Source: Polyangiaceae bacterium
GTDB lineage: Bacteria > Myxococcota_A > Polyangia > Polyangiales > Polyangiaceae
Direction: 5' to 3'
DNA length: 64,000 nucleotides
Assembly: GCA_947475525.1 (NCBI GenBank)
Contig: CANJMI010000006.1
Span: 204,162-268,161, forward strand
Positions within the stretch are counted from its first letter, which is position 1; every line of letters begins with the position of its first letter. The position numbers and the translations under genes are program-made. Below, piece after piece: positions 35,524 to 44,953 of the stretch. The notes below the pieces were generated by a model. It saw nothing but the letters and a program-made list of their open reading frames with translations, made no database searches and had not been told where the DNA came from.

Positions 35524-36468
35524 TCACTTCGTCAACGCGGCGTTTTTCTCGCAGAGTTCCTTGTAAAACTCTGGGATTTTCGCAAACGCCGCCGCCGGCA
35601 ACCCCTCCTCGATCGCCGCCTTCCCCCCGCTGCAGATCAAGCGACATTCCTCATCGCGCTCCTTCGAGAGGACCTTCTTTTTCTCTTTCTCCTGAAGACA
35701 GGAGTCGAGCTCGGCGCGCGCTTTATCGGCGCGTCCGACGCGCGCACACGTCGCCTTGATCATCTCGCGGTGGACGGCGGCAACCTTGCGCACTTCTTCG
35801 TCGATTTTCTCGACCGCCTTCATGTTCGTCGTCCCTTCGTCTTCGGCCGCTTGGCAAGCGTCGACGATGGTCTGAGCCGTCGCGGCCGGGTCTTCGAGTT
35901 TCCCGTAGAACGAAAGCTCCTCTTTGCCGCTGCCCATCGCTCGAACGAGCGGCGCTATCTCCTTCTTCGCCGCGTCGCTGATCGCCGAGTCGGCCACGCG
36001 GGGAAACGGGTCGGCGACGCCGGCAGCAGCCGCTTTTCCGGCCGCATCCTGGAGCGCGGCGTCGAGAGCTTGCACGGCGGTTTTGCATTTCAAGGAGCCC
36101 TCGATGCCGGGAAGGTCCGCGCACGCACGCGTGACGGCGACGAACGGCTCGGCGAGCGCAAGAAGGACGGGCGAGCTCGAGGCTTGAAGCTTCTGGCGCG
36201 CCGTGTTCGCCCCGTGCCGAATGCCATTGCCCGCGAAGGTGGCGCTACGGTCAAAGTCCGGTCGCCGCGTCGGCGCGTACTTTCCCGCGAGCGCCTTCGG
36301 CTCGAGGTAAGCGAGATACGCTGCGATCACGGCGACGGGCTCTTTCACCTGCACGATCGCCTGCTGGTAGGTCTCCTTATCGGAGCCCTTGCCGGCGTCC
36401 TCACCCTTTCCGCACGCCACGACCGCCACGACGAAACCGAGACCCGCGAGCGAAGTGCCGAGCTGCAT
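35524..36468 (-). CDS. lipoprotein (hypothetical, helical)
   Basis: MQLGTSLAGLGFVVAVVACG lipobox. High GC3. Lies directly upstream of mutS2 on the same strand. Confidence 0.55.
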   Translation of the reverse strand: MQLGTSLAGLGFVVAVVACGKGEDAGKGSDKETYQQAIVQVKEPVAVIAAYLAYLEPKALAGKYAPTRRPDFDRSATFAGNGIRHGANTARQKLQASSSPVLLALAEPFVAVTRACADLPGIEGSLKCKTAVQALDAALQDAAGKAAAAGVADPFPRVADSAISDAAKKEIAPLVRAMGSGKEELSFYGKLEDPAATAQTIVDACQAAEDEGTTNMKAVEKIDEEVRKVAAVHREMIKATCARVGRADKARAELDSCLQEKEKKKVLSKERDEECRLICSGGKAAIEEGLPAAAFAKIPEFYKELCEKNAALTK

Positions 36469-36629
36469 GCCCCGGGGGTAAACCGCGTCCGCGCCACGGT
36501 CAAGACGGCACACCAATTGTCACCGCGATGTCAGCAAAAGCCCGACTCGCCGCGTGATAGTCTCCGCCGCGTAATGCCGCGAGCGACGTTCGCATTCCGC
36601 GAATCGCTCCCGACTACCTTCCCCTCGCC

Positions 36630-39209
36630 ATGAAGCTTCGTCTATCGCTCCTCGCCGCCGCAGTTTCTACTTACGCCATCAGCCTCGCCGCTTGCGGCTC
36701 GGATGGTGACGGCTCGTCCACCGTCGAAGCCACCTCCGGGGTTGGAGCGTCGAGCGGCGTTGGAGCGTCGAGCGGCGTTGGAGCGTCGAGCGGCAACGGT
36801 GGGAACGCCTCGGGCGGCGTCGTCGTCGAGGCTTGCAAAGGCGCGCCCACCGCGTCGCCGGTAGATGCCGCATGCGCCGTGATCGCCGGAGACGCGCGGC
36901 TCTTCGTCGTAGCTGATGTGCTCACACCGGGGCACGTCGCCGAGCAAGGTGGCGTGCTGGTCGACGCGAACGGCGTCATCACCTGCACGGGTTGCGATTG
37001 CGTCGCGGAGGCGAAAGGCGCGACCACCATCGTGTGTCCGGACGCGGTCGTCTCGCCAGGCCTGATCAATGCGCACGACCACGTCGGCTGGATGAACGGT
37101 CGTCCGTGGGTCGCAAGCGAAGCGGGTGTCGATCCGGCCCTCCGCTGGGAGCAACGGCACGATTGGCGCAAAGGCAAGCGCGGCAATCCGACGGTCAAAG
37201 TAGCCGGTGGCAATGCGACCACGACGGACAAAATCTGGGGAGAGCTGCGCTTCGCGCTCGGCGGCGCAACGGCCATCTTCGGCTCCGGCGATCTTGGAGG
37301 CCTCCTTCGCGACCTCGACGCGACGGGCAAGGCCTCAAACGGACTTGGCAAGAGCGGAGCGTCTTACGAAACGTTCCCGCTCGGTGACTCGAGTGGCACG
37401 CAGACAATCGAAGGCTGCGCCGGCTACTCCATCGGCGCGAAGGCACCCGACAGCGTGGCCACCGAGGTCCCGCACGTGGCGGAAGGCATCGACAACGTCG
37501 CGCGCAACGAGTTTCACTGCCTGACGGGCAAAGGCGCGGGGTCGGCCGACGTGCTCGACCACCGCACCGCGATCGTTCACGGGGTCGGCCTCGGGCCCGA
37601 AGAGATCGCGACGATGGCAGAGCGCGGCATGCGGCTGATTTGGTCGCCTCGCTCGAACGTGTCGCTCTATGGCGACACGGCGTCGGTGACGATTTTCCGC
37701 GCGAGCGGCGTCACCATCGGACTCGGTACCGACTGGCTCCCCAGCGGCTCGATGAACATGCTGCGCGAGCTTGCCTGTGCGGCCGAGCTGAACGACACGT
37801 TTCTCGGCGGCGCATTCACCGAGCAGGAGCTCTGGCAAATGGCGACGCTCGGCTCGGCGAAGGCCCTCGGGTTCGACGACGCGATCGGTGTTATCGCCCC
37901 CGGTCGGCGCGCCGATCTCGCGGTGTTTCGCAAGGGCGGGCGCAAGAACTTCGGTGCGATCGTCCGGGCTTCGGTCGAGGACGTGGCGCTCGTCCTGAAG
38001 AACGGCAAGGTCCTCGTCGGCGATGCCTCCACGGTGGCGGCGCTCGAATCGGATTGCGAGCCGCTCGACGTCTGCGGCACGAAGAAGGCCGTCTGCGTCT
38101 CACGCGATACAGGTAAAACGCTCGCTGAAGTGAAGGCTGTCGCCCCGGCGTACCCACTCTTTTTCTGCGGCGTGCCGGAGGATGAGCCTACGTGCCTTCC
38201 GTCGCGCACCCTTGCGGCCGACAGCGTCGCAGGCTCGACCCTCTACCAAGGGACGTCGTCGCCCGACGATCTCGATGGCGATGGTTTCGCCAATTCCGAA
38301 GACAATTGCCCGAGCGTATTTAATCCCCTTCGGCCCCAGTCCACCGGGGCTCAGGAAGACCTCGACCAAGACGGCCTCGGTGACGTGTGCGATCCGTGCC
38401 CGCTCGAAAAGGGCGACGATTGCGCGGCGCCAAACCCAAACGATGTGGACGGCGATGGCCGTGAGGGAACGCAGGACAATTGCCCGACCGAAGCGAACCC
38501 GGACCAGGCCGACGCCGACAAGGACGGTCATGGCGACGTGTGCGATGAGTGCCCCGACGTCGCCAACATCGGTACCGCGAAGTGCCCCGGAGGCGTGACC
38601 ACGGTGTTCGCGGTACAGAACCCGAGCGAGCCTACCCACCCCGCGGAAAATACGCGCGTGCGCGTCGGTTGCGTGATCACCGTGGCCGGCACAACCACCA
38701 CCTGGTGCCAGGATCCAAAAGGAGGAGCCTACTCCGGCATCGCGATCTACCTCGGCACGATGCCGAAGTACTCGAACGGCGATCCGGTCCTCGTCGGCGA
38801 CAGCGTGTTGGTCGACGGCGACTATCAGGAGTATCTCGGCGCGACGCAGCTAAGTTCGCCCGAGTTCTCCTTCGTCGAGAAGGGCACGCTGCCCAAACCC
38901 ATCGTGGTCACACCCGCTGAAATTGCGACCGGCGGGGCCTCGGCCGACGCCTACCAGGGGGTGCTCGTCATCGTCAACGGCGTGACGGTTATCAATGCGA
39001 ACCCGGACGCGCCGAACGACTACGACGAGATCACGGTCACCGGCAACCTTCGCATCGACGACCAAGCGATGGACAACGGGAAGGCCGGCGCCTTCGACAA
39101 CGCAAACTTCATGATCGGCCAGTCGTTCGCCTCCATTACGGGCGTCGTCCACTTCACGTACAAGAACTCGAAGCTCCTGCCCCGCTCGCTTGCCGACCTC
39201 GTCCTATAG
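36630..39209 (+). CDS. lipoprotein metal-dependent amidohydrolase fused to thrombospondin type-3 (TSP3) Ca-binding repeats and a C-terminal beta-rich domain
   Basis: Lipobox AISLAACG. SGVGAS x3 repeat. Amidohydrolase HxH site (PGLINAHDHVGW). Aspartate-rich TSP3 repeats: DLDGDGFANSEDNCPSVFNPLRPQ, DLDQDGLGDVCDPCP, DVDGDGREGTQDNCPTEANPDQADADKDGHGDVCDECPD. Confidence 0.75.
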   Translation: MKLRLSLLAAAVSTYAISLAACGSDGDGSSTVEATSGVGASSGVGASSGVGASSGNGGNASGGVVVEACKGAPTASPVDAACAVIAGDARLFVVADVLTPGHVAEQGGVLVDANGVITCTGCDCVAEAKGATTIVCPDAVVSPGLINAHDHVGWMNGRPWVASEAGVDPALRWEQRHDWRKGKRGNPTVKVAGGNATTTDKIWGELRFALGGATAIFGSGDLGGLLRDLDATGKASNGLGKSGASYETFPLGDSSGTQTIEGCAGYSIGAKAPDSVATEVPHVAEGIDNVARNEFHCLTGKGAGSADVLDHRTAIVHGVGLGPEEIATMAERGMRLIWSPRSNVSLYGDTASVTIFRASGVTIGLGTDWLPSGSMNMLRELACAAELNDTFLGGAFTEQELWQMATLGSAKALGFDDAIGVIAPGRRADLAVFRKGGRKNFGAIVRASVEDVALVLKNGKVLVGDASTVAALESDCEPLDVCGTKKAVCVSRDTGKTLAEVKAVAPAYPLFFCGVPEDEPTCLPSRTLAADSVAGSTLYQGTSSPDDLDGDGFANSEDNCPSVFNPLRPQSTGAQEDLDQDGLGDVCDPCPLEKGDDCAAPNPNDVDGDGREGTQDNCPTEANPDQADADKDGHGDVCDECPDVANIGTAKCPGGVTTVFAVQNPSEPTHPAENTRVRVGCVITVAGTTTTWCQDPKGGAYSGIAIYLGTMPKYSNGDPVLVGDSVLVDGDYQEYLGATQLSSPEFSFVEKGTLPKPIVVTPAEIATGGASADAYQGVLVIVNGVTVINANPDAPNDYDEITVTGNLRIDDQAMDNGKAGAFDNANFMIGQSFASITGVVHFTYKNSKLLPRSLADLVL
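36741..36794 (+). repeat. 3x 18-bp in-frame tandem repeat (SGVGAS x3) in the amidohydrolase N-terminal linker
   Basis: gttggagcgtcgagcggc repeated 3 times. Confidence 0.85.
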
Positions 39210-39210
39210 T

Positions 39211-39303
39211 CCTGGCGTGCTGCGCTAGGTGGCGTTGGCGCTGCGCTATCTAGCGTTGGCGCTGCGCTATCTAGCGTTGGCGCTGCGCTATCTGGCGCTG
39301 AGG
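39211..39303. repeat. intergenic 21-bp tandem repeat (~3.3 copies plus one degenerate copy) between convergent genes
   Basis: gcgttggcgctgcgctatcta repeated at 39232-39252, 39253-39273 and 39274-39294, with a degenerate copy at 39211-39231. Each unit has internal dyad symmetry (AGCGttggCGCT). Confidence 0.85.
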
Positions 39304-40250
39304 ACGTCGCCCGTGGGTCGCAGCCTCGGAGGCACGACGACCTCGCTGACGGGCGCGATCTGGCCGGGCAGCGGTACGCGAATCACCAGGCCCGGCGCGA
39401 CGTTGCCCGAGTTCAGCGCGCGGAGCGACCTGGGCGAACACCCGGCCCGCGAGGCCACCGACTCCGCCGTCTCGCCGGCTCGCACCAAGTAGCGAACGGT
39501 CTGAACCTTCGCGTGGAACCGGCTGTGCTCGACGAGCGGCCCGAACGCCAGCCGCCCGAGCTCTTGGGCACGCGGATTGTAGAAGCGCACGTGGATGTGG
39601 GTGAAGTGCCCCCACGCGTGGCGAATCGGCGCATTCTCGTGCTTGCGACGGAACCCAAACACGCGATCGAGCCACGCGGCGTCCTCACCGCTCGCGAGGG
39701 CGTAGTCATAGATTCGCTTCTGAACGCGAAGGTCAACGAAAGCCGCATCGAGGTCGGTGTCGGTGACGAGCGCTCGCAGCAGTGCCCAGGTGCGAGGCAG
39801 ATCGAGCGAGTTTGCCGCGGCCGGTTGGTACCAGTGCTGCTTACCCGGCAAGTAGAAGAAGCTGATGTCGGCGTCGCGTCCGGCCTGGTGACTCGCGTGT
39901 GGATGCAGACGCCCGCCGGGCTCGCGCGAGACGTCGCCGACGAAGATCGGGTGGCTCCCCGGAAACTCCGCGTGAACCTTCGCCACCGCCGCTTCGAGGT
40001 ACGCGCGCGTCTCCTCGGTGGCCCACGCCGTGGCCGGCTGCATCACCTCGAGGAGCGGGTTTGACGTGAGCTGCACGCCGTTGACGAGGGCACCGGCATA
40101 CGGCCGTCCGAGCGAGAGCGAGCCGAGCGCAGCGGGATTTTCTTCCGCGACCCGGGACACGTCCTCCTGGTTGAGCGCCTCTTCCGCACGCACCGCTGGC
40201 GCGAAGCTCGCGAGGGCGATGAGGATGGAAAAAGGCGCAAAAAGGCGCAT
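39288..40250 (-). CDS. penicillin-insensitive murein endopeptidase (MepA/M74-like) with C-terminal LysM domain
   Basis: Signal peptide MRLFAPFSILIALASFAPAVRA. HPHASHQAGRDADISFF...HFTHIHV His/Asp metal motifs. The C-terminal VQTVRYLVRAGETAESVASRAGCSPRSLRALNSG looks LysM-like. The family assignment is moderate. Confidence 0.6.
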   Translation of the reverse strand: MRLFAPFSILIALASFAPAVRAEEALNQEDVSRVAEENPAALGSLSLGRPYAGALVNGVQLTSNPLLEVMQPATAWATEETRAYLEAAVAKVHAEFPGSHPIFVGDVSREPGGRLHPHASHQAGRDADISFFYLPGKQHWYQPAAANSLDLPRTWALLRALVTDTDLDAAFVDLRVQKRIYDYALASGEDAAWLDRVFGFRRKHENAPIRHAWGHFTHIHVRFYNPRAQELGRLAFGPLVEHSRFHAKVQTVRYLVRAGETAESVASRAGCSPRSLRALNSGNVAPGLVIRVPLPGQIAPVSEVVVPPRLRPTGDVLSAR

Positions 40251-40351
40251 CGGGAGGCGGAACCTAACTCAGGACCCCGGCCTGACCAACGAATTTCTTG
40301 GCCCAGCCGACTTGGATGAGCCCGCTGATTGCGACTACACTGCGCCGCCTG

Positions 40352-41647
40352 ATGACTCCGACGCCCATTCTCGACGAGCTCGAAGCCCGCGGGCTCGTGC
40401 AGGACACGACGGGAAAAGACGAGCTTCGAGAGCTTCTCTCGAAGGAAAGCGTCTCGTTTTATATCGGCTTCGATCCGACGAGCACGAGCCTCCACGCGGG
40501 CAGCTTGGTCCCCATCACGCTGATGGCGCGACTCCAGAAGGCCGGGCACAAGCCCTACCCGCTCGTCGGTGGCGCGACGGGCATGATCGGTGATCCTTCC
40601 GGCAAGAGTGAAGAGCGGCAGCTGCTCGACAAGGACACCCTCGCACGCAACGTGGCGGCCCTTCGCGACCAGCTCGCGCGGTTCCTCCAGTTCGGGGACG
40701 CGCCGAACGCGGCGGTGATGGTGAACAACCACGACTGGTTCGAAGGCTGCGGCTACATCGAGTTTCTGCGCGACGTCGGCAAGCACCTGACGGTCAACTA
40801 CATGATGGGGAAAGACTCGGTGCGCACGCGACTCGAGGAGCGCGATCAAGGCATCAGCTACACCGAATTCTCGTACATGCTGCTTCAAGCCTACGATTTT
40901 GCCGTCCTCGCGCGCAGGCACGGCTGCCGCTTGCAAGCCGGGGGCTCGGACCAGTGGGGGAACATCACGGCGGGCATCGAGCTGCATCGAAAGCTCGGCG
41001 GCAAGGAGGCTATCTACGGCCTGACGACACCGCTTCTCCTCGACTCGAAAGGCGAAAAAATGGGCAAGACCGCGTCGGGTACGCGCATCTGGCTCGATGC
41101 CGACCTCACGTCGCCGTACGCCTTCTACCAATACTGGCTCAACGTCACCGATGACGACGTCGAGCGCCTCCTCAAGATGTTCTCTCCCCGCTCTCTCGAC
41201 GAGCTCGCCACCCTCGTCGAGGCGCACCGCGTTAACCCGGCTGAGCGCCGTGCGCAGCGCACCCTCGCCGAAGACGTGACCACCTTCGTTCACGGGGTCG
41301 ACCTGACCGCGCGCGCGATCAAAGCGAGCGCCGTGATGTTTGGCGGCACGCTCGTCGGGCTCACCGATGCCGACCTCGCACCGCTGCTCGGTGACGTTCC
41401 GTCGAGCGAGCTTGCCTTCGCGGAACTCGAAGCCGGCGTCTCGCTCGTCGACCTCGTCGTGAAGACCGGCCTCGGCGCATCGCGAGGTGCCGTCAAGCGG
41501 CTCGTCGCACAAGGTGGCGTCTACGTGAACAACGTTCGAGTCACGGACGACGGCAAAACATTGACCGCCAGCGATCGAGGGACCGAGACGATGCTGGTCC
41601 TCCGGTCCGGAAAAAAGAGTTACCACATCGTGAAGGTCGGCCGATGA
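40352..41647 (+). CDS. tyrS: tyrosine--tRNA ligase
   Basis: HIGH-region variant FYIGFDPTSTSLHAGSLVP and the KMSKS-type KMGKTASG. The C-terminal S4-like domain is present. Confidence 0.95.
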   Translation: MTPTPILDELEARGLVQDTTGKDELRELLSKESVSFYIGFDPTSTSLHAGSLVPITLMARLQKAGHKPYPLVGGATGMIGDPSGKSEERQLLDKDTLARNVAALRDQLARFLQFGDAPNAAVMVNNHDWFEGCGYIEFLRDVGKHLTVNYMMGKDSVRTRLEERDQGISYTEFSYMLLQAYDFAVLARRHGCRLQAGGSDQWGNITAGIELHRKLGGKEAIYGLTTPLLLDSKGEKMGKTASGTRIWLDADLTSPYAFYQYWLNVTDDDVERLLKMFSPRSLDELATLVEAHRVNPAERRAQRTLAEDVTTFVHGVDLTARAIKASAVMFGGTLVGLTDADLAPLLGDVPSSELAFAELEAGVSLVDLVVKTGLGASRGAVKRLVAQGGVYVNNVRVTDDGKTLTASDRGTETMLVLRSGKKSYHIVKVGR

Positions 41648-42381
41648 GCCCTGCCATTCGTTCCGCCGCGCTCACCCTCTTCCTCGTCACCGGAGCCTTC
41701 GGCTGCAATCGCTCGGCGGCCCGCGGCACGGCCCTGACCGCGGACGCGAACCCGACCACCAACGCACCGATGACCCCGCCGGCGGACGCCTCGAGCCGCC
41801 CGACCGCAAACGCCGAGACCTCCGCCGCGCCGCAAGCTACCGGTGCCGCCGCTGCGCCTGCGACACCCGTCATCGCGACCGCAAGCGCCGACGCCGAGCC
41901 GCCTCTGAAGGACACCGACGGCAAGCTTTTACCCCAGACCGAAGACAAGCCGTCGCTCGCCTCGCCCGTTTTCAAAAAGCGCATCGAGCAGCTCGTTCGC
42001 GCGATCGAGAAAGACGACCCTGCCCTCGCGCGCTCGTTCTTCTTTCCGGTCGAGGCCTACGAAGTCGTGAAGGCGATAAAGCAACCGGCCAAGGACTGGA
42101 ACCGCCGCCTCTACCGCGCCTTCGAGCGGAGCGTGCACGACTACCACAAGAAACTCGGCAAGCATGCCGAGGGCACGAAGCTCGTTCGCCTCGACGTGAA
42201 CGAAGAGCGTGCAAAGTGGATGGAGCCGGGCCGCGAAGGCAACAAGCTTGGCTACTTCCGCGTGACCCGCTCGCAGTTGGTGGTCGAAGACGGTAGCGGC
42301 AAGCAGAAGAAACTCGACCTAAGCTCGATGATCTCGTGGCGCGGCGAGTGGTACGTCGTGCACCTGCACGGCTTCAAGTGA
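41644..42381 (+). CDS. lipoprotein (hypothetical); translationally coupled to tyrS (ATGA)
   Basis: LFLVTGAFGC lipobox, an Ala/Pro/Thr-rich linker, high GC3, and a 4-bp overlap with the tyrS stop. Confidence 0.6.
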   Translation: MSPAIRSAALTLFLVTGAFGCNRSAARGTALTADANPTTNAPMTPPADASSRPTANAETSAAPQATGAAAAPATPVIATASADAEPPLKDTDGKLLPQTEDKPSLASPVFKKRIEQLVRAIEKDDPALARSFFFPVEAYEVVKAIKQPAKDWNRRLYRAFERSVHDYHKKLGKHAEGTKLVRLDVNEERAKWMEPGREGNKLGYFRVTRSQLVVEDGSGKQKKLDLSSMISWRGEWYVVHLHGFK

Positions 42382-42403
42382 CGCGCGGCCGCGTGCATGC
42401 GGC

Positions 42404-43711
42404 TCACTTGCCTAGGTCTATCGAGAACGCATCGAGCTCGCTGCCATCGTTCGCGATCGCGCGCCCGTCGAGTCGGTCGGTCTGCACTTGAAAAAGAGTG
42501 CCGTGGTAACGTTTCGCCCGAAAAATGCGGGCCTTCGCTTCGTCTGGGCGCGTGGCAACGCTGGCGTCGAGGTCGTGCAGCGCGGCCCCTCCGCCCCCGG
42601 ACACGACGTAGGTGATGCCGTTCTCGATGAAGCGTTCGTAACCGTGAATGTGGCCCTGCAAGACGAGCCTCACGCCGTACTTCTGAAAGCTCGGGAGGTA
42701 GTGTTTTCGTAGCTCGGGGAAGTGCGGGTAGGCCGCCAGGGTGATCCACGGTTTGTGGAAATAGACGACCGAAAATCGAAAGCCCGGCTTGGCTGCGGCG
42801 TCCGCGAGTTGGGCTTCGAGCCACGTGCCCTGGGCGCTCGATGGCGTGAGCTCGAGCTCGGTGTCGAGCGAGAAAAACCACACGCCACCCGATTCGAATC
42901 GGTAGTACTCGACCGGCCCGTCGAAGCCCGCGCCACCGAAGAGACGCTTGTAATAATCCTCGAACTCGTGAGCGCGCTCGAGCTCGTGGTTGCCGACCGA
43001 CGGCTCTAGCGCACCGGCCTCGAAGAGCGGTGCCATCGCGGGAAACCAAGTCGCGTACGACTCGAAAACCGAGTCGTAATACTGCATGTCGCCGAGGTGC
43101 ACGGAGAAGTCGGGCTTCTGACCGAAGGTCTTGCCGTCGGTGACGCTCGCGAGCACACCATCGGTGTCGCCCACGGCGGGATTCGTGTCACCGATCGCCA
43201 GGAAGACGAACGGATCACCCAATGTTCGCGCGGTGCAAAAGCGGCCGCCACGGCCCTTCTCGGCGGTGAGTTCGTAGCGATAACAGGTGCTCGGTGCGAG
43301 GCCGGTGACGGCCACCTCGGTGCGGTAATAGGTCCCGGGCAGGTCAGGCGCGATCGTCTTGACGACGTCGTAGCTCGTCAGCACCTCGCTCGCGGTCTGT
43401 TCGCCTTCCACGGTGCGTGACGCGCCGCCTCGTTCCGGCGTGACGGTGATCGCCGCCGGGCTCTTTTTGCAAGCGTCCCAGCGCACTCGAATGGACGTTT
43501 CGTCGAAGTGCAAGGACCATGGGCCATGCAGCACGCCACTCGCGGGACAGTCGAGCGCGATGCCGCTCTCCCCGCCATTCGCGGAAGCGGCGCCGCGCAC
43601 CAGAGCTTCGCCCGCCTCCCCACACGAAGGCAAGGCGGCCGCCACCGCCAGCCCAAGGATCAAGCCTCCAAATAGAATCGCTCGCACAACGACGCCTAGA
43701 GTAGCGCCCAA
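42404..43711 (-). CDS. metallophosphoesterase (calcineurin-like/purple-acid-phosphatase-type) lipoprotein
   Basis: Lipobox AALPSCG, then GDTNP...GDMQYY...GNHE...LVLQGHIHGYERF metallophosphatase motifs. Confidence 0.8.
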   Translation of the reverse strand: MGATLGVVVRAILFGGLILGLAVAAALPSCGEAGEALVRGAASANGGESGIALDCPASGVLHGPWSLHFDETSIRVRWDACKKSPAAITVTPERGGASRTVEGEQTASEVLTSYDVVKTIAPDLPGTYYRTEVAVTGLAPSTCYRYELTAEKGRGGRFCTARTLGDPFVFLAIGDTNPAVGDTDGVLASVTDGKTFGQKPDFSVHLGDMQYYDSVFESYATWFPAMAPLFEAGALEPSVGNHELERAHEFEDYYKRLFGGAGFDGPVEYYRFESGGVWFFSLDTELELTPSSAQGTWLEAQLADAAAKPGFRFSVVYFHKPWITLAAYPHFPELRKHYLPSFQKYGVRLVLQGHIHGYERFIENGITYVVSGGGGAALHDLDASVATRPDEAKARIFRAKRYHGTLFQVQTDRLDGRAIANDGSELDAFSIDLGK

Positions 43712-43741
43712 GCGGAAGCTCGGGAATCATGCCGCTCGCTC

Positions 43742-44917
43742 ATGTCACCGATTGTCGATCGATTGCGTCTTGTGGGGATCCCCGGCTCGAACCGCGTGAT
43801 GGCGGGTGAGCTGTCGCGGCTTGCGCGTCGCGCCCTCAGCGAGTTTCGCCTCGAAGAGCCAAAAAAGCAGGGACTCGGCAGCGTCACCTACCCGTTCGAT
43901 GCCCGCCTCGGATGGCTCGCGGTGCAGCACCACCGAACGAGTGCCCGCGTGCTCTGGGATCTCTACGAGAGCCGTGCCGCGCGCCTCGAGCCGCTCTTCG
44001 CGGAGCTGGTGGCTGCGGGCACGGACGATTCGCGGCCTTGGTGCTGGGACGGCGCGAAACTCTCGGTCGATGCGTTTGGCGTCGACGAGTTCGCGGCAGG
44101 CGAGCGGCAAGTCGTAGGGACGGTAAAAAATGCGCTGATCGAAGCTGCGGCTCAGCGAAAAATCCGGCTCGAAGTCGATCCCGAAAGACCCGACATCCGC
44201 GTGCAAGTGCGGCTCTACGAGGGGACGCTCGTCGTCTCACTCGACCTGTCGGGTCGCCCCATGCACATGCGCGGCTACCGCATGGAAGCCGGCGACGCTC
44301 CGCTGCGCGAAGACCTCGCGGCGTTGCTCGTCATGCTCTCGCGTTACGACGCCCGCACCGAAGCCTTGGTCGATCCCCTCGCCGGCTCAGGCACGATCCT
44401 GATCGAGGCCGCGTGCCTCGCGAAAGGCCGCCCCGTCTGGATGAGCGGTCGCAAACCGGACGCCGAGCGTCACCCGGTATTCGAGACGTTCGCACGCCCA
44501 GCCCCGCTCTTCGGAGACACGGCGCCCGTCCTGTTCGCTAGCGAGATCGATCGCCACCTGCGCGAGACCATGGAGCGCACCTTCGTGACCGCCGGCGTCG
44601 AACGCGACGTTGCGATTCTCGGCGGGGATTTCCGCAACATCGATCCGAAACTCCTGATGGATCGCGCCCGAGCACGCGGGGTCGAACGCGGCGTCATCGT
44701 GACGAACCCACCTTACGGCCAGCGCATGGGCTCACCCGAAGCGCTGTGGGACCTCTACCGCGATCTCGGTGAGTGGTGCTGGCAACTGAAAGGCTGGCGC
44801 CACGCCGTTATCGTCGCCAACCCGGATTTTCCCGAAGCCTTCGGTGGCCGTCCGCGCATTGCCAAGCCGCTCCGCAACGGCCCCTTGCGCGGTTACTTCT
44901 ACTTGTACGAGAGCTGA
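43742..44917 (+). CDS. THUMP-domain class I SAM-dependent RNA methyltransferase (RlmL-like)
   Basis: DPLAGSGTILIEAA (SAM motif I) and the catalytic IVTNPPYGQRMG. Confidence 0.8.
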   Translation: MSPIVDRLRLVGIPGSNRVMAGELSRLARRALSEFRLEEPKKQGLGSVTYPFDARLGWLAVQHHRTSARVLWDLYESRAARLEPLFAELVAAGTDDSRPWCWDGAKLSVDAFGVDEFAAGERQVVGTVKNALIEAAAQRKIRLEVDPERPDIRVQVRLYEGTLVVSLDLSGRPMHMRGYRMEAGDAPLREDLAALLVMLSRYDARTEALVDPLAGSGTILIEAACLAKGRPVWMSGRKPDAERHPVFETFARPAPLFGDTAPVLFASEIDRHLRETMERTFVTAGVERDVAILGGDFRNIDPKLLMDRARARGVERGVIVTNPPYGQRMGSPEALWDLYRDLGEWCWQLKGWRHAVIVANPDFPEAFGGRPRIAKPLRNGPLRGYFYLYES

Positions 44918-44953
44918 ACGGTCGCCGCGGCGGGTTGCAGGCCTTCGGGCGGC

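Noticed and set aside
40043-41626. 527-aa minus-strand ORF spanning tyrS
   Set aside because: Antisense to tyrS (HIGH/KMSKS motifs on the plus strand).
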